Assembly: GCA_020849895.1 (NCBI GenBank)
Contig: JADZFN010000052.1
Coordinates: forward strand, 5,797-69,796
Reading direction: 5' to 3'
Length of the DNA stretch: 64,000 nucleotides
Origin: Verrucomicrobiia bacterium
GTDB lineage: Bacteria > Verrucomicrobiota > Verrucomicrobiia > JABWAM01
Part shown: positions 51,314 to 63,695 of the stretch, one piece after another
Layout of the letters: every line of letters begins with the position of its first letter
Numbering within the stretch: the first letter of the stretch is position 1
Notes under the pieces: generated by a model
What the model was told of the DNA's origin: nothing
The model's database searches: none
The model's input: only the letters and a program-made list of their open reading frames with translations
Program-made: the position numbers and the translations under genes

Positions 51314-52804
51314 TCAACGCGCCGCGGGCACGAGCTCGACGTCGTTCATGCGGAGGGTGGTCCCCACCGCCTGGTTGAGCTGCGCCACGGCGATGCTGTA
51401 GTCCGCCAACGCGCGGATTTCCCGGGAACGGGCTTCGGCCAGTTTGTTCTGCAGCTCCAGCACCACGAAACTGGTGGTCGTGCCGGCGCGGAGCTTGGAC
51501 GTCTCCGCCGACAGTGCCTCTTCCGCCGCCCGCCGGGCCACGCGCGTCGCCCTGATGCGTTTGTAGCTCGCCGTGACGCCATCGAGCGCGTTGTTCACGT
51601 CCACGACCACCGCCTGCTCCGCTTGTTTCAATTGCAGGATGGTCTGCTGTTTGCGGAGGCGCGAGGCTTCGAGTCGCCCCGCCGCCGCCTGATCGGGGAG
51701 TGGGACGCGGACGATCAATCCGACGGCCCAGCGCTCGTTCTTCGTGTCAATGGACTCCATGAATTTCGGATCCACCCCGTTGAATCCAGCGGTCGCCTTG
51801 AGGTCCACCTGGGGCCACCGCTGCTGCTGGTCGTAGACCAACTGGATGTTCTGGCGCTCCACCGCGAGCTTCGCCGCGCGGTAATCGGGACGCAGGTCGA
51901 GGGCGTCCGTCAGGTATTGAGCGCGTGTCTTCGCCGAGGGCGGCGCGTCCCCCGGCCGATCGGTCGGCGCAAGGGCACGCTCCTGGAGGTCGGAGATGTT
52001 CGGCGAGATGAGCGCGCGAAGGATCGTCATGCGCTGGCTTACGTCCTGGTCGGCGAGGATCACGCTTTCTTCGCGGCCGGCGACGCCCGATTCCGCCTGC
52101 GTGATTTCCAAGGGCGCCATCACCCCGATCCGCACGCGCTTGCGGTTGTCTTCAAGCAGTTTTGCCGCCAACTCCAGCGCCTGGATCTGGACGGTCCGGT
52201 TCTCGATGGCGTAGACGAGGTTGAAATAGGCGTCGTGGACCCGGGTGAGCACGTCCATCACGCGTTGGGCGAAGTCCGCATCGGAGATGCTCTTCGACAT
52301 CCGCGCGATGCGGAGGGTCGCCATCTGGCTGTCGGGCCCAAAGCCGCGCAGGAGCGGTTGGACAAGGTCCAAGCCCCAATACGTCGTGTATTGCTCGCGG
52401 AACGTGTTGAAGGTGTTTCGCGCGTCGGTGGTGCGAAGCCCGAAGTTGTAGGTGGTCCCCAAGGGGACTTTCCCCTGCACACCGCCCGCCCAACTGTCGG
52501 TCCGCGACTTCGTGGCGAGACGGCCGCCGGCGGCCACCGAGGACTGCGCGTCAAGAGGCGTGGTGTTCTCCTCGTAGTTCGGCGTGAAGAACAAAGTCGG
52601 GTCAAAATCGCCTCGCGCAGTGCGCACGGCCTCCTCGTCAATGAGCGGATTGAGGCGTTGGATCGAAATCTCGAGATTCTCTTCGAGCGCGCGCCGCACG
52701 CAATCCTTGACGGAAAGCGGGAGCGGGAACGCCTCCGTGGCGTTTCCCGCCGGCGCGAAGCACGCCATGGTGACGCCGAGCACAAGGGAAGCAAGAAAGC
52801 GCAT
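51314..52804 (-). CDS. TolC-like outer-membrane efflux protein
   Basis: Signal peptide, two-repeat OEP architecture, C-terminal region typical of outer-membrane factor proteins. Confidence 0.75.
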   Translation of the reverse strand: MRFLASLVLGVTMACFAPAGNATEAFPLPLSVKDCVRRALEENLEISIQRLNPLIDEEAVRTARGDFDPTLFFTPNYEENTTPLDAQSSVAAGGRLATKSRTDSWAGGVQGKVPLGTTYNFGLRTTDARNTFNTFREQYTTYWGLDLVQPLLRGFGPDSQMATLRIARMSKSISDADFAQRVMDVLTRVHDAYFNLVYAIENRTVQIQALELAAKLLEDNRKRVRIGVMAPLEITQAESGVAGREESVILADQDVSQRMTILRALISPNISDLQERALAPTDRPGDAPPSAKTRAQYLTDALDLRPDYRAAKLAVERQNIQLVYDQQQRWPQVDLKATAGFNGVDPKFMESIDTKNERWAVGLIVRVPLPDQAAAGRLEASRLRKQQTILQLKQAEQAVVVDVNNALDGVTASYKRIRATRVARRAAEEALSAETSKLRAGTTTSFVVLELQNKLAEARSREIRALADYSIAVAQLNQAVGTTLRMNDVELVPAAR

Positions 52805-52928
52805 GGAAATCGTGAAGGCGGCGGGCGGCGGAAGCAAGCCCTGGCGGACGGCGCAACTGCCGCGGTCTCAAGGACTTGCGCCGCACGCGCGGCGCGACGC
52901 AACAAAATGGCCGAACCGTCGGGCCGTG

Positions 52929-54140
52929 TCAACGCGGGCGTTCGCTGCGCAGGTCTTCGGGGAGCAACAGCTTCCAGATGGGCACCCGCCGCAGGATGAT
53001 GCCGGCTTCCACCGTCGAGCCGAGCACGAGGCGCGCCGGAGTCTCCTCGACGTGCACCACCACGAGATAGGAGCCTTCCTTCACGGGCTCGCCTGTCTGC
53101 CGGGGGTACGCCTCCAAGGCCACTTCCTTAACGGTCCCGTGGATGTAGCCGAATCGCGTGAATTCGAACACGTTGGAACGCATCTTCACGTGCTGACCGA
53201 TGCGGATGCGATGCACCTGATTCTCGCCAACGAAGAGTTTGACGCGCATCGGTTCCCCTCCCGAAACGTGGGCGAGGTCGTCGCCCCGGACCACACGTTC
53301 GCCCGGACGCCGTTTGATCACGAGCGTGACCACCCCGTCCATCGGGGCGCGAATCTCGCGGCGTTCGATCTGCTCCTCGCACACCTTCAGGTCCACGCTG
53401 AGGCGATCGAGGCGGGCGGCGGCGGCGTTGAGGTCGGCCAGGGCTTCCTTGCGCGCCGTTTCCTCAAGCCCACGATCGAGCAGGGCCACGTTCTCCTTTG
53501 CCTTGGCGAGTTCGGACTGGGCCATGTCGGAGGCCAACTTGCGCGCTTCATACTCGCTCTGGCTGGTGAGCTTTTCCCCGAGGAGTTGGGTGTAGCGGCG
53601 GAGCTCCGCCTCAGCGTGCATCGCCTTTTGTTGCGCTTCGGCCAGATCGCTGCGCGAGTGCCAGAACTCCTTCTGGAGCGGAAGCTTGTTCACTTTCTCG
53701 AGTTGGACCTTTTTCAGATCGAGCGCCGCCTGGGCCTCTTTGATCTCCGCCTCGATCTGGCTCTTCCAGTTTTGCTGCTGCTGAGCATCGAGGAGCAGGA
53801 TGAGGTCGCCCTTCGCCACGCGCGTGCCTTCATACGCCTTGACCTCCTGAAGGATGCCGTCTTCGGGGGCGTAAAGGAAACGCTCCTCCTCGGCCATAAC
53901 GATCCCGCCGGCGTTCACTTTTTCGTCCACGGGCACGAACGCAATCAGCCCAACGAGAACGAGGCCGAACCCGAGGACTGCGGTGAGAATCCAGATCCGG
54001 ATGATCCGCAGGCTTTGTTGGAGCTTCTCCACGTCAGGCCGCGCGCGTCCGGGCGTCCGGCTCGACGATGCGCGGTTGATAGAGCCGGCTGTAAAGCCCC
54101 TTGCGATCGAGCAGTTCCCTGTGGGTCCCGATCTCGACAA
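52929..54140 (-). CDS. HlyD-family membrane fusion/periplasmic adaptor protein
   Basis: N-terminal TM helix, long coiled-coil, C-terminal beta-barrel/lipoyl-like segments. True start probably a GTG near 54030 rather than the track start, which would overlap the ABC gene by ~100 nt. Confidence 0.7.
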   Translation of the reverse strand: MSRSGPTGNCSIARGFTAGSINRASSSRTPGRARPDVEKLQQSLRIIRIWILTAVLGFGLVLVGLIAFVPVDEKVNAGGIVMAEEERFLYAPEDGILQEVKAYEGTRVAKGDLILLLDAQQQQNWKSQIEAEIKEAQAALDLKKVQLEKVNKLPLQKEFWHSRSDLAEAQQKAMHAEAELRRYTQLLGEKLTSQSEYEARKLASDMAQSELAKAKENVALLDRGLEETARKEALADLNAAAARLDRLSVDLKVCEEQIERREIRAPMDGVVTLVIKRRPGERVVRGDDLAHVSGGEPMRVKLFVGENQVHRIRIGQHVKMRSNVFEFTRFGYIHGTVKEVALEAYPRQTGEPVKEGSYLVVVHVEETPARLVLGSTVEAGIILRRVPIWKLLLPEDLRSERPR

Positions 54141-55971
54141 TGCGCCCCCGTTGGAGCACTACGATGCGGTGAGCCTTCTGGATGGTGCTCAGTCGGTGGG
54201 CGACGAGAAAGACCGTCTTGCCCTGCATCAAGACATCCAGCGAACGCTGGATCGCCTGTTCGCTCTGCGTGTCGAGCGCGCTCGTCGCCTCGTCGAAGAT
54301 GAGGATCTTCGGGCTTTTGAGGATCGCACGCGCGATCGCGATGCGCTGGCGCTGCCCGCCCGAGAGCATCACGCCCGCCTGTCCGACCCGGCTGCGGAAG
54401 CCGTCGGCCGCCTGCTCGATGAACTCCAACGCGTTGGCCAGGCGCGCCGCCTCGCGCACTTCCGCGGCGGTCGCTTCCGGCTTCCCGTAGCGGATGTTCT
54501 CCTCGATGGTGCCCGAGAAAAGGAAGTTGTCCTGCAGCACCACGCTGATCTGACGGCGGTAGCAATCGTAATCCAGTTTCCGGAGGTCCACGCCGTCAAT
54601 GCGGAGGCAGCCCTCGCTCACGTCGCGGAAACGCGTGAGCAGGCTCATCAAGGTGGACTTCCCGCTGCCACTTGGACCGACCAGCGCGATCACCTCGCCG
54701 GGCCGCACGTCGAGGCTGAAATCCTCGATCGCCGGCGCGCCCCCATAGGTGAATCGGACCCGGTCGAACTCCACGCCCCCCTTGAGCGTGAGCTCGACGG
54801 GGTTCGGGTCCTGGATGATCTCGGGCCGGGTGTCGAGCAGCGTCAGGATCCGCTCGAAACCTGTGCGCGCGTTGATCGTCACCTGGATCAGTGCCGAAAA
54901 ATTCTGGATCGGTCCGAACAACCCCCACAGATACGCCGTGAACGCCACGAACGCTCCGATGCTCATGTCCTGCCGCGTCACCGCAAGCCCTCCGAACACC
55001 AGAATGCCGGCGTAGAGCGTGTTGCAGAGCAGCGCGAGCCAGGCCCACATCCGTCGCCCCATCACCTGCAGGTCCATCTCCGGGTAGAAGTTGTCCTTGA
55101 TCGCCAGAACAAATCTCCGCCGTTCGTGGTCTTCCTGGCCGAACGACTTCACCACCTTGATCCCGCTGAACGTCTCGCCCAGCGAACCCGCGAGCGCCGA
55201 CTGCCGCTCCTTGACGTCGTGGGACATCCGGTAAATTCGCGAACGGAACGCCTGAGTGATCGCGAAATAGATCGGCAACGTCGCCAGGCAAAGGAGCGTG
55301 AGCTTCCAGTTCAGGAAGGACATCACCGTGACGGCGAAGCAGAGGCCGATGGCGCTGTTCGCGATCGTCGAAAATGCCGTGGTGATGAACTGCTGAATGG
55401 ACGCCACGTCGTGGATCAGGCGGTTCACCAGACTCGCCGTGCGTTCCCGCTCGTAAAACGCCATGTGCAGGAGCTGCAGGTGATGAAACAGCGTCTTGCG
55501 GATGTCGAACACCGTCCGTTGCCCCGAGTAATAGAGCAGGTAGTCGTGCCCGTAACCCGTCGCGTTTTGGACCAGCGTGGCGAACAGGAACACCACCGCC
55601 ACGCCGATCACCAGCGTGCCGTTCCGCGACGGCAGCGCCTCGTCAATCAGAAACTTCGTGATGAGCGGGATGCTCTGGTTGATGCAGACCGTGAGGATGT
55701 TGCCCAGCGCGGCAATCGCCAGGAGCTTGCGATACGGCCGGACGAACTTCCAGAAGCGCCGGAAGGCCTCCCGGGTCGGGTAAAGATCGGCGATCACGGC
55801 GGCATGCCGCTCGCGTCCTCCCCAATGCCCCGAGCCGAAGCGTTTCCTGTTGCTTCCGGTTTCCCCCAAAGATTGGGAAGATTTCACTTCGCTGGTTTTA
55901 ACCTCCGGGCCGGATCGCGGCCCAAAGCGGGAATCTCGCTCCACCCCTCTCCATATGCAATATAAATCCAA
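54034..55971 (-). CDS. ABC exporter, fused permease + ATPase (HlyB/MsbA-like, no C39 peptidase domain)
   Basis: 6 TM helices followed by Walker A GPSGSGKST, LSGGQRQRIAIARA signature, Walker B ILIFDEATSALD. Track start is a TTG and the real start is uncertain. Confidence 0.8.
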   Translation of the reverse strand: MDLYCIWRGVERDSRFGPRSGPEVKTSEVKSSQSLGETGSNRKRFGSGHWGGRERHAAVIADLYPTREAFRRFWKFVRPYRKLLAIAALGNILTVCINQSIPLITKFLIDEALPSRNGTLVIGVAVVFLFATLVQNATGYGHDYLLYYSGQRTVFDIRKTLFHHLQLLHMAFYERERTASLVNRLIHDVASIQQFITTAFSTIANSAIGLCFAVTVMSFLNWKLTLLCLATLPIYFAITQAFRSRIYRMSHDVKERQSALAGSLGETFSGIKVVKSFGQEDHERRRFVLAIKDNFYPEMDLQVMGRRMWAWLALLCNTLYAGILVFGGLAVTRQDMSIGAFVAFTAYLWGLFGPIQNFSALIQVTINARTGFERILTLLDTRPEIIQDPNPVELTLKGGVEFDRVRFTYGGAPAIEDFSLDVRPGEVIALVGPSGSGKSTLMSLLTRFRDVSEGCLRIDGVDLRKLDYDCYRRQISVVLQDNFLFSGTIEENIRYGKPEATAAEVREAARLANALEFIEQAADGFRSRVGQAGVMLSGGQRQRIAIARAILKSPKILIFDEATSALDTQSEQAIQRSLDVLMQGKTVFLVAHRLSTIQKAHRIVVLQRGRIVEIGTHRELLDRKGLYSRLYQPRIVEPDARTRAA

Positions 55972-56015
55972 TCCATAGGCGCTCGTGGGGAGGCGTCAAT
56001 GAAATCCGAATTTGA

Positions 56016-57122
<1,107 letters not shown>

Positions 57123-57204
57123 AAACCGACGGCGTCGTTCGCCCGTCGCGCCTCCCAGCCCGAAGGGCGGCGGCAAACCCCTCGCCTCCCAACCCGGCGA
57201 TTTC

Positions 57205-58428
57205 ATGGCCAAACTCAACGTGCAGGACCTCGATGTCGCGAGCCGCCGCGTGCTCGTCCGCGTGGACTTCAACGTGCCCCTCGACGCGGAAGGAAAGATC
57301 ACCGACGACTCGCGGATCCGCGCGTCGCTCCCGACCTTGGACTGGCTGTTGGAGCGCGGCGCGCGCGTCGTCCTTTGCAGCCACCTCGGCCGCCCGAAAG
57401 GAAGGCCCGATTCGGCGATGAGTCTGCGCCCTGCGGCCCAGCGCCTCTCCGATCTGCTCTCGCGTCCGGTCGCTTTCCTCGACGATTGCGTGGGGGAAAA
57501 GGTGGAGCAGACCGTGAAGATCATGAAGGACGGCGATTGCCTCCTCCTCGAGAACGTCCGCTTTCACGCGGAGGAGGAGAAGAACGATCCTGCGTTCGCG
57601 AAGCGCCTGGCCGCGTGCGCCGAGCTTTACGTGAACGACGCCTTCGGCTCGGCCCATCGCGCGCACGCCTCGACCGAGGGCGTGACCCGCTTCATCGCAA
57701 AATCCGCCGCCGGCTTCCTGCTGCAGAAGGAACTCCGCTTCCTCGGAGACGAGCTTGCGAATCCCGCCCGCCCGTTCCTCGCCATCCTCGGCGGCGCCAA
57801 GGTGAGCGACAAGATCGCCGTGATCGAGGCGCTCCTCGACAAGGCGGACGCGCTGCTCATCGGCGGCGCGATGGCCTACACCTTCCTCCGCGTGCAGGGC
57901 ATCCCGACGGGCGCCTCGCTCGTCGAGGAGGACCGCCTCGAGACGAGCCGCCGCGCGCTTGACCTCGCCGCGCAGAAGAATAAACGCGTTTTTCTTCCCT
58001 TGGACCATGTGGTCGCCCGACGGGTGGAAACCGACAAGCTCGATAAAAAAGGGCGAAAAATCGTGGAGTTTCAGGAAGTGCACATCACCGATTGCGCCTC
58101 GATTGGCGAGGGCCTCTGCGGCGTAGACCTCGGCCCGAACACCGTCGCGGCCTACGCGAAGGCCGTTGCCACGGCGAAGACCGTGCTCTGGAACGGGCCG
58201 ATGGGGATCTTTGAAGACAAGGCGTTCGCGAAAGGCACTTTCGAGATCGCCCGAGCCGTCGCTGCAAGCGGTGCGCGTTCCATCGTCGGTGGCGGCGACT
58301 CGGTCAAGGCCATCCACAAGAGCGGTCTCGCCGACAAGATCACCTTCCTCAGCACCGGCGGCGGCGCCTCCCTCGAATTCCTCGAAGGGAAGACGCTCCC
58401 AGGGATCGCCGCTCTCGCCGAGAAATAG
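57205..58428 (+). CDS. pgk: phosphoglycerate kinase
   Basis: Pgk signature (RVDFNVP) and hinge/ATP-site motifs. Confidence 0.95.
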   Translation: MAKLNVQDLDVASRRVLVRVDFNVPLDAEGKITDDSRIRASLPTLDWLLERGARVVLCSHLGRPKGRPDSAMSLRPAAQRLSDLLSRPVAFLDDCVGEKVEQTVKIMKDGDCLLLENVRFHAEEEKNDPAFAKRLAACAELYVNDAFGSAHRAHASTEGVTRFIAKSAAGFLLQKELRFLGDELANPARPFLAILGGAKVSDKIAVIEALLDKADALLIGGAMAYTFLRVQGIPTGASLVEEDRLETSRRALDLAAQKNKRVFLPLDHVVARRVETDKLDKKGRKIVEFQEVHITDCASIGEGLCGVDLGPNTVAAYAKAVATAKTVLWNGPMGIFEDKAFAKGTFEIARAVAASGARSIVGGGDSVKAIHKSGLADKITFLSTGGGASLEFLEGKTLPGIAALAEK

Positions 58429-58526
58429 AGAAGGACGACAAAATCAGCATTCCTTCACGCCCCTGCATTCGCGCCAACAAACTCAGCCCCCAAACCGCGA
58501 CGACGTCAAGCCTCTGAACCCATTTT

Positions 58527-59288
58527 ATGAAAATCCGTCGTCCCATCATCGCCGGCAACTGGAAAATGCATCGCACCCTCAGCGAGGCGGAAAACCTCGT
58601 AAAGGGGCTTCTGATCGAGCTGACGGACCTTTCCGATACCGACGTGGTCCTCTGTCCGCCGTTCACCTCGCTGGCGAAAGTGGCCGATCTTGTGGCCAAG
58701 ACTCCGGTGCGCGTCGGCGCGCAAGATATGTACTGGGAGAAGGAGGGCGCCTTCACGGGCGAAATTTCGGCGACCATGCTTCGCGACGTGTTCTGTCGCT
58801 ACGTGATCCTCGGGCACAGCGAACGCCGCCAGTATTTCGGCGAGACGAACGCCCTTGTGAACCGCAAGGCGAAGGCGGCTCTCGCGGCCAGCCTCCGCCC
58901 CATCGTCTGCGTCGGCGAGACGCTCGACCAGCGTGAGAAACAGGATTTCAAGGGCATCCTCCGGACCCAGCTTCGGGAAAGCCTCGAAGGAATCTCCGTC
59001 GAAGAAATCGAAGAGGCGATCGTCGCTTACGAACCCGTCTGGGCGATCGGCACCGGCCGCAACGCGACTCCCGCGCAGGCGCAGGAAGTCCACGCCCTCC
59101 TCCGTGCGACATTGACCGACATGACCGGCGCCAAAACCGCCGCGAAAATCCGCATCCAATACGGCGGAAGCGTGAAGCCCGCCAATGCCGCCGAACTCCT
59201 CGCTCAACCCGACATTGACGGCGCCCTCGTCGGAGGCGCCAGTCTCGACGCCCGCGCCTTCGCGGCCATCGTCAAAGCGGCGACCTGA
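58527..59288 (+). CDS. tpiA: triosephosphate isomerase
   Basis: TIM motifs (IAGNWKM, AYEPVWAIGTG). Confidence 0.95.
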   Translation: MKIRRPIIAGNWKMHRTLSEAENLVKGLLIELTDLSDTDVVLCPPFTSLAKVADLVAKTPVRVGAQDMYWEKEGAFTGEISATMLRDVFCRYVILGHSERRQYFGETNALVNRKAKAALAASLRPIVCVGETLDQREKQDFKGILRTQLRESLEGISVEEIEEAIVAYEPVWAIGTGRNATPAQAQEVHALLRATLTDMTGAKTAAKIRIQYGGSVKPANAAELLAQPDIDGALVGGASLDARAFAAIVKAAT

Positions 59289-59421
59289 TCCCGTCCTCGC
59301 TTGCGCAGGGAGCGCGACAGACGGATCGGCCGCCGGGAAACGACGAAGCATGAGAGGACGGGCATCCCGCGGAGACGCGGGCATTCCAATTCCGCTTCTG
59401 GCCTCTCGCTTCTCCCAACAT

Positions 59422-59478
59422 TCTTAGAGGGTGTTTGAAAATGGCCTGCCCTCTGTTGAATTTTCAAACACCCTCTTA
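59422..59478. repeat. 20-bp near-perfect AT-rich inverted repeat (CTTAGAGGGTGTTTGAAAAT – 17-nt spacer – ATTTTCAAACACCCTCTTAG)
   Basis: Read directly from the sequence. ~19/20 complementary positions. AT-rich, in contrast to the GC-rich surroundings. Lies between tpiA and secG. Confidence 0.55.
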
Positions 59479-59613
59479 GCCCCTGTCATGCGCAAGCCCT
59501 ATGGGTCCGCACTTGCATCTTCCTCGGGAGCCGGGTAGAAAGCCCTCCCTCGCCGGCCTGACGCATGGCCGTCTCGCATCGGCGGGCGACTTCATGCCTT
59601 CCCGCAGATCCCT

Positions 59614-60000
59614 ATGACCTTCACCGGCGTCCTCATCGGCTTCCTACTCACGATCCATGTGATCGTCAGCGTGCTTCTCGTGCTCATCATCCTCATGCAG
59701 CGACCCAAAAGCGAAGGGTTGGGTACGGCCTTCGGAGGCGGCGTCACCGATTCCCTCTTCGGTTCCAGCGCGGGCAACGTCCTCACGAAGATCACCACGT
59801 GGCTTGGAATCATCTTCTTTCTGACCACCATCTCGCTCGCGCTCCTCTACAGCCGCGTTTCGGCGGGCAAAAAAAGCGACCTCGGCGCCCGCCTCGGCGC
59901 CGCCTCCGCGGCGGCCACCAATGCCGACGTGCATGCCGCCGTCACCAATCTCCCTTCCGCAACGGCGGCGCCGGTCTCCACGAACGCGCCGGCAAAATAA
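59614..60000 (+). CDS. secG: preprotein translocase subunit SecG
   Basis: Two TM helices with GGGxxxxFG-type loop (LGTAFGGGVTDSLFGSSAGN). Conserved position after tpiA. Confidence 0.8.
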   Translation: MTFTGVLIGFLLTIHVIVSVLLVLIILMQRPKSEGLGTAFGGGVTDSLFGSSAGNVLTKITTWLGIIFFLTTISLALLYSRVSAGKKSDLGARLGAASAAATNADVHAAVTNLPSATAAPVSTNAPAK

Positions 60001-60212
60001 TTCGCCTGAGAAAAAAGAGGGCGGCTCAGCCTCTCGCGCCCCTCTCGACGGCGGGGGTCCGTCTGACGCGGCGCGCGTCGAACCTCGCGCTTTTGAAGCG
60101 TCCGAATTTCGCCTTTCACGTGAAAGATTGAATTCGGGCGATTGGATCAAAGGCTGTTTCGAGAAAAATTCGGACTGAAAGGATCCCCGCAACCGATCGC
60201 CCCGCGTCCGCG

Positions 60213-62234
<2,022 letters not shown>

Positions 62235-62480
62235 GGAGTTCCTCTTTCGTGGCCGGCGCGCAGGCGGGCCAGCCTGTGGGTGAAAGGTCATCGGAATACT
62301 GACTTCTAGCACAAGAAAGTGATCGCCTCAACGATAACTCCCGGTGAGCTCCTGCAAAATCGCATGGGAACCGATACCGGGCCGACACGACGCCTGCTTT
62401 GCAAATCCGCCTTGAGCCTTTCCTCCGCAGAGGAGGAACGAAGGGCCGTAGCAAAGTGGCCGACAAAGAGACGCCGCCCG

Positions 62481-63695
62481 CTAGGAAGGGGTCTGCGTCA
62501 CCTCGTAAGCGGGCTCAGCCACCGGACGGGAAGCGCCGGACTTGGCGGGATCGGGATACTCGAAGACGCGTCCCTGAAAGTTGCGAAAAACGATCCGTTC
62601 GGCGTCGCGGTAGATGACGTATTCGGGGTTGATCGGCACTTTCCCGCCGCCGCCAGGAGCGTCCACCACAAACTGGGGGACCGCGTAGCCGCTCGTGAAA
62701 CCGCGCAGTCCTTCGATAATCTCGATGCCGCGCGTCACCGGTGCGCGCAGATGGCGCGAGCCGCGGATGAGGTCGCATTGGTAGAGGTAGTAAGGGCGCA
62801 CCCGGCAGAGCAGCAGCTTGTGCACAAGCTCGCGCATCACCTCGACCGAATCATTCACGCCGGCGAGGAGCACGCTCTGATTGCCGAGCGGGATGCCGGC
62901 GTCGCTCAACCGTCCGAGCGCCTCGCGCACCTCGACCGTCAGCTCGCGCGGATGATTGACATGGACGCTCATCCAGATCGGATGATGCTTGCGGAGCACC
63001 GCACAGAGCGCGGGCGTCACGCGTTGCGGCAGGAAGATGGGAATCCTCGATCCGATGCGGAGGAATTCGAGGTGGGGAATTGCGCGGAGCGCGCCGAGGA
63101 GGCGGTCGAGCTTGTCGTCGCCGAGGAGCAGCGGATCGCCTCCCGAGAGAAGCACGTCGCGCACCTCGGGGTGCTCGCGGAGGTAGGCGAGCGCGTGATC
63201 GAGGTCGGGATGAAAATCGTAACCGCCCGCGCCGCTGACGAGACGGCTCCGCGTACAGTAGCGGCAGTAGGAGGCGCAGCGGTCGGTCACCATGAGCAGC
63301 ACGCGGTCAGGATAGCGATGCACCAGGCCCGGCACGGGCGAGGAGGATTCCTCGCCGACGGGATCGCCCATCTCGACACCGTCCGTATGGCTCTCGTCAA
63401 TGACCGGGAGGACTTGACGGCGGATGGGGCATGCGGGGTCCTCCTTGTCCACGAGGGAAAAGAAGTGGGGCGTGATCCCCAGCGAAAGCTTTTGGGCGGA
63501 AAAGAGGATGCCTGCGCGCTCGGCGGGAGTCAGGCGGATCCGAGGCTCGAGGTCGGCGAGGGAAACGAAGCGGTGCTGAAGCTGCCAGTGCCAGTCGTTC
63601 CACTGCGCATCCGTGATTTCGGGCCAGTCGGTCCGAGGCGCGGGACGGAAACGTGCGAGGCCGCGCGCCGGTCCCCCAGGGTCGTCGGGATTCAT
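62481..63695 (-). CDS. kamA: lysine 2,3-aminomutase-like radical SAM protein (KamA/EpmB family)
   Basis: CASYCRYCTR CxxxCxxC radical-SAM motif with KamA-family flanks (VTDRCASYCRYC…LLSGGDPL). Confidence 0.8.
   Translation of the reverse strand: MNPDDPGGPARGLARFRPAPRTDWPEITDAQWNDWHWQLQHRFVSLADLEPRIRLTPAERAGILFSAQKLSLGITPHFFSLVDKEDPACPIRRQVLPVIDESHTDGVEMGDPVGEESSSPVPGLVHRYPDRVLLMVTDRCASYCRYCTRSRLVSGAGGYDFHPDLDHALAYLREHPEVRDVLLSGGDPLLLGDDKLDRLLGALRAIPHLEFLRIGSRIPIFLPQRVTPALCAVLRKHHPIWMSVHVNHPRELTVEVREALGRLSDAGIPLGNQSVLLAGVNDSVEVMRELVHKLLLCRVRPYYLYQCDLIRGSRHLRAPVTRGIEIIEGLRGFTSGYAVPQFVVDAPGGGGKVPINPEYVIYRDAERIVFRNFQGRVFEYPDPAKSGASRPVAEPAYEVTQTPS

Noticed and set aside
52929-54140. ~100-nt overlap between the HlyD and ABC genes as a programmed feature
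   Set aside because: The overlap comes from the track using the longest ORF. An in-frame GTG just downstream of the ABC stop gives a conventional short junction.
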